From positions 16,804,001 to 16,868,000 of the forward strand of contig CM052832.1 in NCBI GenBank assembly GCA_028534125.1: 64,000 nucleotides of DNA. Reading direction: 5' to 3'. Source of the stretch: Lama glama (lineage: Eukaryota). Positions 1 to 12,640 of this stretch are shown piece by piece. Both the position numbers and the translations under genes were made by a program. Position 1 is the stretch's first letter. Every line of letters begins with the position of its first letter. Below the pieces are notes generated by a model. It searched no databases. It was not told the origin of the DNA and worked only from the letters and a program-made list of their open reading frames with translations.

Positions 1-1319
1 TAAAAATGGGCAAAGGATCTGTATAAACATTTCTCCAAAGATATACAAATGGCCAACAAACACATAAAAAGATGCTCAACATAATTAATACCACTTTATA
101 CCCACTAAAATGGTAGAATAAAAAAAAACAGGTTGGAGAAATTGGAACCCTCATACACTGCTGGTGGGAATGTCAAATGGTGCAGTCACTTCAGAAAACA
201 GCCTGGCAGTTCCTCAAAAGGTTCAACAAAGAGTTTCCATATGACTAGAAACTGCACTCCGAGGTATAATCCCAAGAGAAATGAAAACACATTCACACAC
301 ATCCTTGTTCATAAATATTCATACCAGCGCTACTCATAATAACCAAAACATAGAAACAACACAAACAGCCATCAATTGATGAATGAATAAATAAATAGTG
401 AATTGTGGTATCTATATTCACACAATGGAAAGCATCAGGCAATAAAGAAAAACAAAGTATTGATAGCTGCTACAATGTAGCTGAACTTTGAAAATATTAT
501 GCTAAGTGAGAGAAGCCAGACACAAAAGGCCACATATTGTGTGACTTCATTTATATGAAATGTCCAGAATAGACCAATCCACAGAGATAAAAAGTAGGTT
601 AGTGGTTGTCTAGGACTGAAGCGGGCAGGGATCTGAGGGGAAATTGGGAATGATTGTTCATGGCTTTGGGATTTCTTTTGGTGGTGATGGAAATATTCTA
701 AAATCAATTGTAGGTTGGTCACAGAACTCGATGAGCATGTTAAAAACCATTCAATTGTACACTTTAAAATGGTGAAACGTATGATATAGGAATCATATCT
801 CAATACTGCTATTATTAAAAATAAAGACATAATTCAAACAGATATGTGTACATACACATTCATAGTGACACTATTCACAATAGCCAAGAGGTGGAGGCAA
901 CCCAAGTGTCCATCGATGGATGAATGGATAAACAAAATGTGGTCTATATACACAATGGAATATTATGCAGCCTTAAAAAGGGAGAAAATTCTGACATCAG
1001 CTACAACATGAATGAATCTCAAAGACATTATGGTAAGTGAAATAAAAACCAGTCACAAGAGGATAAATATTATGTGATTTCACTTATATGAGGTCCCTAG
1101 AGTAGTTAAATTCATAGAGACAAAGCAGAATGCTGGTTGCCAGGGGTGAAGTTTAGGGGGAGGGGGGCATGGGAAGATATTGTTTCCTGGATACAGAAGT
1201 TTAGTTGGGGAAGATGTGAAAGCTCTGGAGATGGATGGTGGTGATGGCTGCACAACAGTATAAATGTATTTAATGTTGCTGAACTGTATATATAAAAATG
1301 GTTTTAAAATAGTATAAAT
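1..1319 (+). mobile_element. Old LINE-1 3'-end fragments (two pieces, ~1-830 and ~830-1319; tail resumes ~1990-2045)
   Basis: Typical L1 ORF2-end/3'UTR text (aaatgggcaaaggatctg..., ggatgaatggataaacaaaatgtgg, gatggtggtgatggctgcacaaca). The A-rich end follows the insertion at 1320-1988. Confidence 0.85.
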
Positions 1320-1988
1320 TTTAGGTATTTATATCTTTAGTTGTAATGCCTAGCTATTTTTATGAAGGTAAGAGTGTGTGGGTTCTGTAACTTATTTCCT
1401 TGCAAGCACAAATGGTGAGGGAAACTTCCTCTGTATGTGGGATGCTTCTGGGGCCTGGTCACCATATGCCACCACAGTGGGAACAAGTCACCGTCCTTTC
1501 AGGCAAAGGGCAAAGCTTCCACCTGAGGACTACCTGGCAAGTGTCCCCTTGCAGCTGCTTAACCTCTTGCTCCCAGCTTTCCCTCCACAGTTTCTTCTAC
1601 TGCTCTCTTGGCAAAGAATTTAGGATACATCGCCTTCTCAGAAGGATGCCAGTCATCTAAGTACCTCGCAGGGACCTTGTAACACTCGCATCTCTCCTGA
1701 GAGGTGCCCTCAGTAAAGCAGGGGAGATAAATGGTTGTGGATGCTGGTGGTGGCAGAATTCTTCCTCTGCCTCCCTCAGTAGCTGGACAGACTTTACCAA
1801 ACCCTTTTTCTTCTTAGTTCTTCAAACCGGGCTCTCTCAAACAAGCAAAGGACGAGTATTTGTCCCTGTGACTTGACCACAAGTCAAGGTGGCATAGCAC
1901 CTGCTTATAAAGCTGCAGACCTTCCGCTGCTGGGTCAGGTAGGCCAGAGCACCATGGTGACCCATTCACCTTGGGCCACTGGGGTGCG
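1320..1988 (-). pseudogene. NDUFB9: Processed pseudogene of NDUFB9 (complex I B22 subunit, LYR family)
   Basis: Minus-strand translation from ATG at 1955 to ~1433, across frameshifts, gives [120 protein letters not shown]. This is colinear with NDUFB9. No introns, in-frame stops, and a 3'UTR-like tail toward 1320. Confidence 0.93.
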
Positions 1989-2257
1989 GTAAAATGGTAA
2001 ATCCTTGTTATATATATATTTTACCACAATTAAAAAAAAATAAAAGCACAATAATAGTTCTTATCTCATAGGGTCATTGTGAAGAGTAAATGAGATTATT
2101 TTTGGCTGAAGAAACAGCCAAAGTAATTAACAGCATTTATGAACCAGGCCTGGAGACCAGGGTTTGGGATGGGGGAGGGACACAAAATTTCTACTGTATC
2201 TACTGTTTAGATTTGTAAACTGGCATATTTTTGTAATTCAAAAAGTAAAGCAGTTCA

Positions 2258-2710
2258 GAAACAGACTCACAGACATAAAAAACAAACTTATGGTTACCAG
2301 GAGGGAAGGGGACAAAGGGATAAATTGGGAGCTTGAGATTTGCAGATACTAACTTCTATATATAAACAGACAGACCACTAGTTTCTACTGTATAGCACAG
2401 GGAACTATATTCAATATCTTGTAGTAACATATAATGATGGGGGGAAGGTATAGCTCAGTGGTTAGAATGTGTGCTTAGCATGCACACACTGGGTTCAATC
2501 CCCAGAACCTCCATTTAAACAAACAAACAAACAAACAAACAAACCTAATTACCTCCCAAATAAAATAAATAAGTATCTTGTAGTAACCTATAATGAAAAA
2601 GAATATGAAAGGGAATATATGTATGTTTATGTATGACTAAAACATTATGCTGAATACCCGAAACTGATACAACATTGTAAACTGACTATAAAAATAAAAT
2701 AAATTAAAAA
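2258..2710 (+). mobile_element. Young L1 3' end interrupted by a SINE
   Basis: agaaacagactcacagacataaaaaacaaacttatggttacc...gtaaactgactata with an A tail. Same family as 23495-23855. Confidence 0.8.
2439..2570 (+). mobile_element. tRNA-derived SINE (camelid Vic-1-like)
   Basis: gggaaggtatagctcagtggttagaatgtgtgcttagcatgcac..gggttcaatcccc (Pol III A/B boxes) with an (aaac)n tail. Flanked by the repeat tatcttgtagtaac(a/c)tataatga. Confidence 0.85.
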
Positions 2711-3009
2711 GTAAAGTGGTAAAAGGCTGCTTTTTGCTGTGTTAGTGATTTATTCAAGATTTAGTGTCCACAGAAAAGTACATAAAGATTGAGAACAACA
2801 TTCTATTCTTGGCTTATGTGTGGCCTTCTGTGTTTGTCTTTATGTGTAACTTTTTCCAGATTTCCTCAGCTTTGCTTACCTTTCTCCCCCTCTGTCCCCA
2901 TTTACTTAAGTCTATTAGTCACAAAATCTTAAACATCCCGGTCTGATCCCTGGATTCTCCCGTCTTGCCCCCAGAAAGACCCCAGACCTCACAAAGGGGG
3001 GGTGTGCCT

Positions 3010-3400
3010 GCTCATTTCCCGCCAGTGTCCTCTGAACTCCTCTGCCCCATTTTTACCTCCTTCCCTAAAGCGAAACCTTCCCTGAAATCTGATTTCCAGT
3101 CTTCCCCTTTGAGAAACTGAGAGGCCTGCTCCTCCAGGAGGCGGGAGCCGGCGGGGAGCCCGGCCGGAAGTCAGTTTCCTGGGTGGGAGAACCCTGGCCC
3201 AAAGCCAGACGGCTGACGTCACCCGATCCAGATGGCGGAAGCCGTTGCCCAATCGGAGGAAATCGACGCCAGCACCACATTTCTCGGTGACTTTCTTCCT
3301 CGGTTCAGAAAAGCATTTTCCTCGACAGGAGGCAGCTGAGTCGGAGTGGAAATTGCCCTGACCTTTGAACCACACGGCGTGTTGACCGTGAAGCAGGCTG
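3010..3400. promoter_or_regulatory. Orphan CpG-rich promoter-like element
   Basis: E2F-like TTTCCCGCC 3015-3023, ETS/GABP CCGGAAGT 3164-3171, full CRE TGACGTCA 3214-3221, YY1 AGATGGCGG 3230-3238, CCAAT 3249-3253. CpG is locally retained. Confidence 0.65.
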
Positions 3401-3812
3401 TGACTGACAAATGAATGTGAGACCTGACACCGGCCTCCCCGAGTCATAAGACGGCAAGTCTGGGTCTTTGCCACCTACATTCTAACCTCTGACAAATCAG
3501 TTCAGTCGGTTTTCTTAGCCATGAGTAACAATAATACCTACCTCATAGAAGCTACTGTTGCATGGCTAGAATGAGGTCATCCATGTGAAAGATTTCATAA
3601 ACTTCAAGCAGGAGTACAACATTCTGCCTGTTGTGAGAGCCTTCCTGAGGGTGGTGGACCCCAAGGAGGCAGGATGGAGCGTGGTTACAGGCTGATCCCG
3701 GAGCCAGGCAGCCTGCACCAGAATGTGCAGCTGGGACATGAAACAGCCTCTGGGTGCCCAGTTATCTTGAGGTCAAAATGGAGGACAATAAGAATATCAC
3801 CCTGCAAAGGGA

Positions 3813-3965
3813 GGGGCAGGGGATATAGTTCAGTGGTAAAGCACATGCTCATCATGCAGGAGGTCCTGGGTTCAATCCCCAGTACCTCTGTTAAAAACAA
3901 TGAAAATAAAATAAACATAATTACTTCCCCTCCAGAACAAACCAACAACAAAAAAAATTTTTTAA
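3813..3965 (+). mobile_element. Vic-1-like SINE
   Basis: ggatatagttcagtggtaaagcacatgctcatcatgcaggaggtcctgggttcaatccccagtacctc with an A-rich tail. Confidence 0.85.
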
Positions 3966-4199
3966 AGAAAGAATACCGCCCTCATCACAGTGTTATCAGG
4001 AGGGTGAGGTAGTTACTCCACTCAGACTACACAGAACACTGCCCGTCTTGTGGCAGCACTCACCGAGGCTTAGCTAGGATGATGGTTCCCGAGGCCATCA
4101 TGTGCACTTGCAGGCCCTGGCCTGGGCGTTCAACCCGATTCCCAAGAGATCTCATAAGAAGTTTCTTTCCTGACCCGCAGTCCACACAGCAGGCAGAGC

Positions 4200-4827
4200 T
4201 GAGACAGGAAGGGGGCAGGGCACAGCCATTCTAGGAACAACACAACAATTAACATCAGGATGGCTGAGGAGTCAATCCCCAATAGGCCTTGAGGCTCAAG
4301 ATGGTGGGAGACTTGACTTCTAGCAGACCTTGAGCTTCATTATACGCCCATTGTAATATATTAACATGGTGAATAGCATGCCCACAGGCGCCATGGCAGT
4401 CCCAAGGCTAGCCACAAAAGATCAAAGAGTGGGAAGTGGCCAACTTCCTGTCCCAGCCCCTTCCCCAGACTACTTAGACTGGTCCTTCCACTTATTAGCA
4501 TATGAAGCCGCTGAGTTCATAAAAACTGGCAACATGGTGACTTGTGGCCGCCCCCTCTCTCTCCCTCTTCGGAGTTGGCCCACACTCCGTCTCCGGAGTG
4601 TGTACCTACTTTTACTCTCATCTGAGCACCTAACATCCACACCTTGTGGCCTTTCTCTTGCCTTCTGATGTATCTCTAAATAAATGTACCTTTACTACCG
4701 TGGCTCGCTCTTGAACTCTTTCCTCTGTGAAGCCAAGGACCCACACTTGGCGGGGCACGTTCCAGGGGCTCAACTGAAGCCTGGGACACAGCCCTCCTCA
4801 CACCCCACAAACATTTTTCCTGCATCA
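4200..4827 (+). mobile_element. ERV solo LTR (ERV1-like)
   Basis: TG...CA termini (tgagacagg...cctgcatca), internal AATAAA at ~4679, 4-bp TSD gagc/gaac. Homologous to the inverted copy at 13386-13971. Confidence 0.85.
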
Positions 4828-6032
4828 GAACTATTTAACTAAAGTCTGAACATATCACTTCTCTGCTGAACCACTCAAATCTGCCCCAGCCCCACACCCA
4901 ACCCTACCAGTGAAAAACATTAAGCACCTGTGATAGGCCCTTGAGCCCCTCTCCGCATCTCCTGATGCCCACTGCCTCTCAGCAAGGGTCCAGCAACCCC
5001 AGCTGCCTGTAGATTCTCACCTCCACCACCTGGTTCCTGTTGCCCCTCTGCCCAGCATGCCCTCCCCAACCTTGCCTTGCAAACTCCCAGTCCTTCCAAA
5101 CCCTTAGACGCAAGTCTTTCAGAAAGTCCCTTCTGACTCTTCTAAGCAGGGCCTGGATCCCCTTCTCCCATATTCCCCGTGGGCACCTCCATCATTGCAT
5201 GGGCCAAATTGTATCCTAACTAATTCAGGTGACTGTTTCACAGCAAGACTGGGTCTTGTTCATCTCAAGCAAACTCAGCATGCGCACAGGGCCAGGCACA
5301 CAGCGGGGGCTCTGTAAACTTTGGGTGGAAAGTCTGATAAGTAGATGACCAGGAACAAATTGAGCCCAAGCTTGTTTGTTCAGCCACCATAACAGATGAT
5401 TGTGTTTGCCTGGAGTTGGGATGAACATCTCAAAACAGATACAGTTTCCATGTGCCTCAGCTGTTGTTCTTAGAATCACCCTGTCTGTCTCCCGCATCCT
5501 CTGTATCTCTCTTTTCCCTGTTCTTATACTTTGTCTCTCCACCCTCAGCACTTTGTTTCTCTTTCTTGCTCTGTATCATATTTCTATACCCTTTGTTGCT
5601 TTGTAGCCTTTTCTCTTCATCTTCCTTTTGTGGTTGAGCGGTCCTCTGTTTTCTTGCCTCTTTTTAAGGGTTCTGGGCCGGTAAGAGTATACCTAGTTTC
5701 ATGACTCCTCAGAAAGAAGGAGATTTTGAAAAGAAGGAAATCAAGCTTTATTATTTGTCCAGAATTTACATACATTTTATTTCATGTAATCTTGGTAATA
5801 AGTTTGTAATGTGATATATCATCCCAGCAAGCTAGTTTATGCTTCTGTAACAGACAACCTCTTGCTAATGGTGGGTTGGCTGAGGCTCTGCTCTGAGCCA
5901 TCATTGTCCTAACCTCAGGGCCCAGGTTGACAGAGCAGCCACATCTAGAACATCACCACTTGCTATAGTGGAAGGAGGAGAGAATGTGGGAAAAGCACAA
6001 TATACACTGGCTTTTAAAACTTCCATGGAAGA

Positions 6033-6150
6033 GGGGAGGGTATAGGTTAGTGGCAGAGTGCATGCCTAGCATTCATGAGGTCCTGGGTTCAATTTCCAGT
6101 GCTTTTGTTAAATAAATAAACCTAACTTCCTCCCCCCATTAAAAAAAAAT
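6033..6150 (+). mobile_element. Vic-1-like SINE inside an old MaLR-like LTR (~5830-6310)
   Basis: SINE consensus with TSD taaaacttccatg on both sides. Confidence 0.8.
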
Positions 6151-6689
6151 TAAAACTTCCATGTAGAAGGGACACATTTTAATTGGCCGAAGTAAGTCAC
6201 ATAGTCATGCCTTGGTTAGTTGGTAAGAGTTACCCGGGGTGGCAAAGTAGAGTCTTCCTAGGTACCTGGAAGGAGAGAGAAACTCAAATATTGGTGAACA
6301 AGCCTTATAAACCATGGTGGATATTACTGTTTCCATATTACAGATGAGGTGGCTGAGGCACAAGGTTATGTAGTTTAAGGACATGCAGGAAATGTCGAGA
6401 GAGTGGGGCTAAATGCATGCCTTTTGATTCCTGGAACTGTGCCCTTGCCAATTCAGTGGATTTGGGGTGCCTAGGCCTTCTCTATCACTTTTACCAAGTA
6501 TTTGGACTCTGCTCTGAGGCTTGGCTTGCTGGCCTGCTGGAGGCAAGATAAGAAGCCTAGCTTTGCTCACCACCTTCTCCATCACATCTGGTGAGTGGCA
6601 TCAGAACTTCTAAGGGGGAGTTTGGGAGACTTCTAATTCCTAGGACAAAACTAGGTAGGTCACAAAACTTAGAGTACAATCATTAAAAA

Positions 6690-7995
6690 CCTTCTAGGCA
6701 AAATTAATCTATGGTGCTACAAGTCAAAATAGCAGTTCTTTCAGAATAGGGCAAGAAAGGAGTTTTGCATATTGACCAGATAAGGGATCAAGGGAAACTT
6801 CTGTGGTGATACTATCTTGATCTGGATGGTGGTTAAGTGGGTGAATACAAATGTAAAAATTTATCAAGCTGTACGCTGAAGGTTGGTACAGTTTGCTATA
6901 TGTCATTTATATCTCAATAAAAATGAATAATAAAAAGAACTATTCATTATCAGAATAAAAATATTTACTGTGCCAAAGAGGCTGTTAAGAGAATGCTAAG
7001 ACAAGGTACCGAGTGGGAGAAAATATTTGCAAGTCACATATTCAACAAAGGACATGTATCCAGACTATATAAAGAACTCTCAAAACTCAACAGCAAGAAA
7101 ACAGACAACCCAATTTAGAAAGTAGGCAATAGACTTGAATAGACACTTTACCAAAGAGAATAAAAAGAAAGTCCATAAGCACCTAAAAAGTTGTTCAACA
7201 TTATTGTCCATTAGGAAAATGCAAATTAAAGCCAAGATGAATTACCACTACAGATCTGTTAGAATAGCAAAGATTTAAAAATATTAAGAGTTGGGAAGGG
7301 TACAGCTCAGTGGCAGAGCACATGCTTAGCATGCATGAGGTCCTGGGTTCAACCGCCAGTACCTCCATTAAAAATAAACAAACATAATTACCTCCTCCTC
7401 CCCCAAATTAAAAAATAATAATTTTTTTTTTTTAAATATTGAGAGTGCTGCCAAGTGTGGGTGAGCAACAGGAACTCTCGTTCATTACTGATGGAATGTG
7501 AAATCACACTCTGGAACGTAGTTTGGTAATTTCTTATAAAGTTAATACACTTATCATAAAAGTCAATAATCCCCCAGGTGTTTACCTGTGAGAAATAAAA
7601 ATGTGTTCATACAAAAATCTTTACACTAAGTGCTCATAGCAGCTTCATTTATAATCACCAAAAACTGGGTTAAAACGGATAAATGCATAACTTGTCTTCT
7701 CCATACCATGGTGTATACTGTCCAGAAACAAAAAGAAACAAATTACTCATACAGGCAACAACTTGAATGAATCGCAAAGGCATGATGCTGAGTGAAAAAA
7801 TCTGGTCTCAAAAAGGTTACATGCTATATGATTCCATCTATGTGACATTTTTAAAATACAAGGCTGTCATGACAGAAAATAGATCAGAATAGAAAGTGGT
7901 TTGAGGGGGTGGCGGGAGGGAAGATGTGACTACAGAGGGATAGCTTAAGGGAGTTTTGGGAGACAGTAAAACTGGTCTATATTTTGATTGTGGTG
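6690..7995 (+). mobile_element. Old L1 3' fragments
   Basis: gagtgggagaaaatatttgcaagtcacatattcaacaaagg..., attaggaaaatgcaaattaaagcc, ggttacatgctatatgattccat. Confidence 0.8.
7293..7425 (+). mobile_element. Vic-1-like SINE
   Basis: gggtacagctcagtggcagagcacatgcttagcatgcatgaggtcctgggttcaa; TSD-like aaatatt(a/g)agagt. Confidence 0.85.
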
Positions 7996-10707
7996 ATGAT
8001 TGAATGCCAAACCAGGGGGCCAAGGAGGCCTGTCTGCTTTGTTCACTCCTTCCGACATCCTCGGTGCTGGAACTTAGGTACGAGGTGCGTGCTCACGGAC
8101 ACGCTGAAGGAATGTTCTGGCTCCAGCACTGATTCATCTTGGCACCCTTCACAGGCCAGGCTATATTTAGCTTCCTCTCCAGCTGCCGACTGGACACACC
8201 ACAGTTGGAAGGCATCACCAGGCCCCCTTCACGGCCCAGGCCTGGGTCACAAGAGCATCCTCCTGGAAAGCAGAGTCTCCAGCTGTGCCGTAGTTGGAAA
8301 TTTGTAGCTATTAGCAATCTGATGTGTTTATTGTTGCTGTCATTTTAATTTTTGCAGTACATTTTTATTAGAAAAATAACATCTGTTCAATACTTTTTTT
8401 TAATTGTCTTAAAAAAAATAGTAGACTCAGTTTTAATTTCCGGAAGCCATAACTGTTACTAGCTCTTTCTCTGTCTGTCTAGAGACATTTATGAGTAGTA
8501 AGCATGTATGTTCACATATATGTAACAGATACGGACAAATTGGTCCACAGCTCTTGGGGCACAAGTAATATCCTATTTCATTTTCTCTTTTCATTTGTTT
8601 TTTTCCCCCTTAGAGGCACTTGGAAAGTTCATCTGTCCTATTTCTTTACAGACTCACTCATATCAAATCTGGCTTCAGCCCTGCCCACTACTGACTGGAA
8701 TTTTAGTGTCTGACAGTTTCCAGACACCCTCCCTTGGGTCAGACAAGGAAGCCGAGGCTTCTGCAGTCCTGAGGAAACAAACAAGAGTCTGCTCCTCTGA
8801 CCACGTGGTCGGCATTCCTTGCTCCTCACCCAGGCCTGTGGGCTCCATCGGAAGCCGACCACTTGGCTGAGCTGGGCAGTTTCTAATCACCCAGGCATGG
8901 CCTCAGCAAAGCCAGAAGAAGGATGAAAAAATCCCAACTTTGTAAATAATTTGATATTTAAGGAAAAGAAGAGAGAGGTGGAGAAGGAGATGGAGAGAGA
9001 GGAGAGCATCAACGCACTCAGGTGCCTAGGGGAAAAAAAAATCACAAATCTATATAGTACATCTTTAAAGCTGTTGTTGGTTTCACGTGGTTCTTTTACT
9101 TTTAACTATATTGGGATTGGGGCTGGGGGCACCATGGTATTTACTGTGTTTCCCCACAATCTTGATCTGGCCTTGCCTTGGGGCTGGGAGGCAGTTGTTG
9201 AATGCTCTGTGCAGAGCCCACAGCCCACAGCCCAGTTCTCAGGGACCCTGGCGACCAGTCCCACCTGAGAGGCTGCTCATGAAAAGGCCGAGCTCTCCAC
9301 ACGCCCTGAGAGTCCCCTTTCTTCTCTCTGAGTCCCCAGAGGCACAAGAGTAAACCAAGGAGTAGGCTACTGCCTTCACACCCTTCCCTCTCAGACCAGA
9401 CATCCAGCATCTTCCAAAACCAAGTGGTGGCACTTTCCTTTAAAGCCCCACCCAGCCTGCATCTTCCCTTTCCTTCTAAAGCATCCAAAAAAGCCAAACC
9501 CCTCAAAGGGTCAGGAAACCCCAAACTTGAAGGACACAAAGTCCTGACTATGCAGAAGAGGGAGAGAAGAAATCCTTTCTTCCTTGTTCATTCTCAATAT
9601 ATTGTTGCTACAATAAATTCGTAATAAATGGTCCCTACTAGATAAGATATTCATTTAAATTTGCTCATTTCTTCAAATATGATGCCTGTCAGGAAAGTTA
9701 TTATGGGAAGATTGATCAATAATCATTTCTGAAATGTTTCTTCTATGAAGAAACTCATCCTGGTTATAATGTGGGAGCTTTAAAGAATCTCAGGATCCTT
9801 CTGAGAAATTTTAGTACAATTTAGAAAACAAAATGTGTATACTATCTGAGAAGCTCTTTGAGGACAGCACAGGCCAAAGGATACTTCAGGAGCACCTACT
9901 AATAAAAGCTAACATTTGCTGATAGCCTACTAGGTGCCAGGCGCTAAACTAGCCCTGGGGATACTGCCCAACCAACCAGACAGAGATGCTTCCTGCCCTA
10001 CGGAGCTCAGAAGGACAGACATGAAACATACAGCAGTGAGGTGGGAGTACAGGTTGCCACAGGAATTCAGAACCAGAGGACCAAACACAGGATGGGGCAT
10101 CAGGGAAAGCCTCCCTTAGAGACTGATGCTTAAACTGAGACTTGCAAGTGACAAACAAAATAGAAAGACATCGGAGCTTGGAGAGGGGAAGCTGAGTTTA
10201 TTGCTTAATAGGCAAGGGAGAGCCATGGTCCTCAAGAAATGAGTCCAGTGGGTCTTCCCAAACAGAAACTGAAAGGCCTTAATATAGATTCAAAAAGAGG
10301 AAACTCACCAATAAAGCAGGAATTGAGTTCTGGTCTCTGGCTCCCAAGGGGTTGGCCACACAATGTTGTGATTGGCCATCTTCAGTTCTCAGTTCTCAAA
10401 AGAGCAGGCGGTTCTCAAAGAGGTCCCAGACAAGTCCTGTGATGTCTTGGTGGACTCAGATCAAAAGGAGGCAAACCCTTTTCCTCTTGCTCCAAGGCTG
10501 GATAGATTTCTTTTTTCTTATAAAGACCAAATAAGAATGAGACAGGCAGAGGAAAAAGGAAGGTAATAGAGGGATTAGGTCTGCAAGAGATCTGGACAAG
10601 ATTGATCAACGAAGAGAAATTCAAGATACAGAAGCAAGGAGGCTGAGAGGAGAGTGGGTCCTTAGAAGAGGCTGGTGAAGTCGGCTAATTAAGAACAGCC
10701 TGGTAGC

Positions 10708-10810
10708 GGGGGTGGGTATAGCTCAGCGGTAGATGCTAAGAATGTGCAAGGTCCTGGGTTCAATCCCTAGTACCTCCATTAAAAAAATAATAATAAAAAT
10801 AATTTTAAAA
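10708..10810 (+). mobile_element. Vic-1-like SINE (small internal deletion)
   Basis: gggtatagctcagcggtaga..ggtcctgggttcaatccctagtacctcc; TSD-like gcctggtag. Confidence 0.8.
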
Positions 10811-10843
10811 GAAAGAAAGAAAAGAAAGGCCTGGTAGGCTATA

Positions 10844-11240
10844 TGCTATGAACTGAATTGTGTCTCTCCAAAATTCATATATTGAAGCCCTAAACCCCAA
10901 AGGGACTATACTTGGAGATAGGGTCTGTGGGAGGTAATTAAGGTTAAATGAAGTCCTAATGGTGGGCCTTAATCTGATAGAATGGGTGCCCTTATAAAAG
11001 ATGCAAGAGACCTCTCTCTGCCCATGTGTGCACAGAGAAAAGACCATATGAGCACACAGAGAGTCAGCAGCCACCTACAAGTCAAGAGAAGATGCCTCAG
11101 AATTAAACCCACCCTGCTGGCATCTTGACTTTGGCTTCCAGCCTCCAGACTCCAGAACTGTGAGAAATAAGTTTCTGTTATTTAAGCCACTCATTCTGAT
11201 TCTGTGGTATGCTGTTTTGTAGCCCAAGCAGATTAATACA
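10844..11240 (+). mobile_element. MaLR LTR (MLT1-like)
   Basis: tgctatgaactgaattgtgtctctccaaaattcatatattgaagccct...cagcctccaga..actgtgagaaataagtttctgttatttaagccac...taataca. Confidence 0.85.
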
Positions 11241-11264
11241 CCATGATAAGAATTTTGAACTCAA

Positions 11265-12640
11265 CATCAAAAAAAGAAAAAAAGTTTTTAAATGGGCAGA
11301 GGACCTGAATAGACATTTTTTTCCAAAGAAGACATACAGATGGCCAAGAGGCACATGAAAGGATGCTCAACATCACTAACCAGGGAAATGCAAATCAAAC
11401 CACACTTACCTCACACCTGTCAGAATGGCTATTATCAAAATGACAGCCAATAACAACTGTTGGCAAGAGTGTGGAGAAAACAGAACCTTGTGCACTGTTG
11501 GTGGGAATGTACATTGATGCAGCCACTGTGGAAAATGGTATGGAGATTCCTCAGAAAGTTGAAAGTAGAGCTACCATCTGATCCAGTATTCCACTTCTGG
11601 GTATGTATCCAAAGAAAACAAAAGCACTAATTTGAAAAGATATATGCACCCTCTGTGTTCATTGCAGCATTGTTTACTTGCCAAGATATGGAAGTAACCT
11701 ATGTGGCCATCAATAGATGAATCAATGAAGATGTGGTGTATACCTGCGATGGAATATTATTTGGCCATAAAAAAGGAATAAAATCTTGCCATTTGCAACA
11801 ATATGGATGAACCTAGAGGATATTATGCTCAGTGAAATGAATCAGACAGAGACAGACAAATGCTGTATAATTTCACTTATATGTGGAATCTAAAAAACAA
11901 AACAAATGAATAAACATAACCAAACAGAAACAGAGTAATAGACACAGAGAACAAACAGGTGGTTTCCAGGGTGGGGGCAGCGGGGTTGGAGGACAACAGA
12001 AGTAGGTGAGGGAGATTGAGGTACACAATGTACAAACTTTCAGCTACAAAATATATGTCACAGGTATAAATGTACCACGTGGGGAATATAGTTAATAATT
12101 ATATAATATCTTTGTATGGTGACAGATGACAACTAGAATTCTCATGGTGATTGTTTCAAAATATAGAGAAATATCAAATCACTATGCTGGACACCAGGAA
12201 CTAACACAGTGCCGTAGGTCAATTACACTTTGAAAATAAACAAACAAACTTATAGAAAAACAGATCAGATTTGCAGTTACCAGAGGTGGTGAGGTGGGAG
12301 GGGGGGAAATCAGACGAAGGTAGTCAAAAAGTAAACTTCCACTTAAAAGATAAATAAATACTAGGGATGTAGTGCACAGCGTGAGAAACATAATTAACAC
12401 TATTGCATATTATATATTGAAAGTTGTTAGAGAGTAAATCCTAAGAGATCTTGTCACAAGGGAAAGCTTTTTTTCCTCAATTTCTTTAATGTGGTATCTA
12501 TATCAGATGCTGGATATTCACTAAACCTACTATTGTAATCATTCCATGTTGTCTGTAAGTCAAATCATTGTGCTACACACCTTAAACTTGTACGGTGTGT
12601 ACGTCAATTATATCTCAATAAAACTGGAAGAAAAAAATAA
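11265..12640 (+). mobile_element. L1 ORF2 end and 3'UTR
   Basis: aaatgggcagaggacctgaatagacatt..aaagaagacatacagatggcc..., ending caattatatctcaataaaactggaagaaaaaa. Confidence 0.9.

Noticed and set aside
2989..3474. 161-aa minus-strand ORF over the orphan promoter
   Set aside because: Non-ATG start, GC-rich composition and no recognisable protein.
10149..10622. Possible LTR-like insertion within an L2 fragment
   Set aside because: I could not define its termini or a TSD with confidence.
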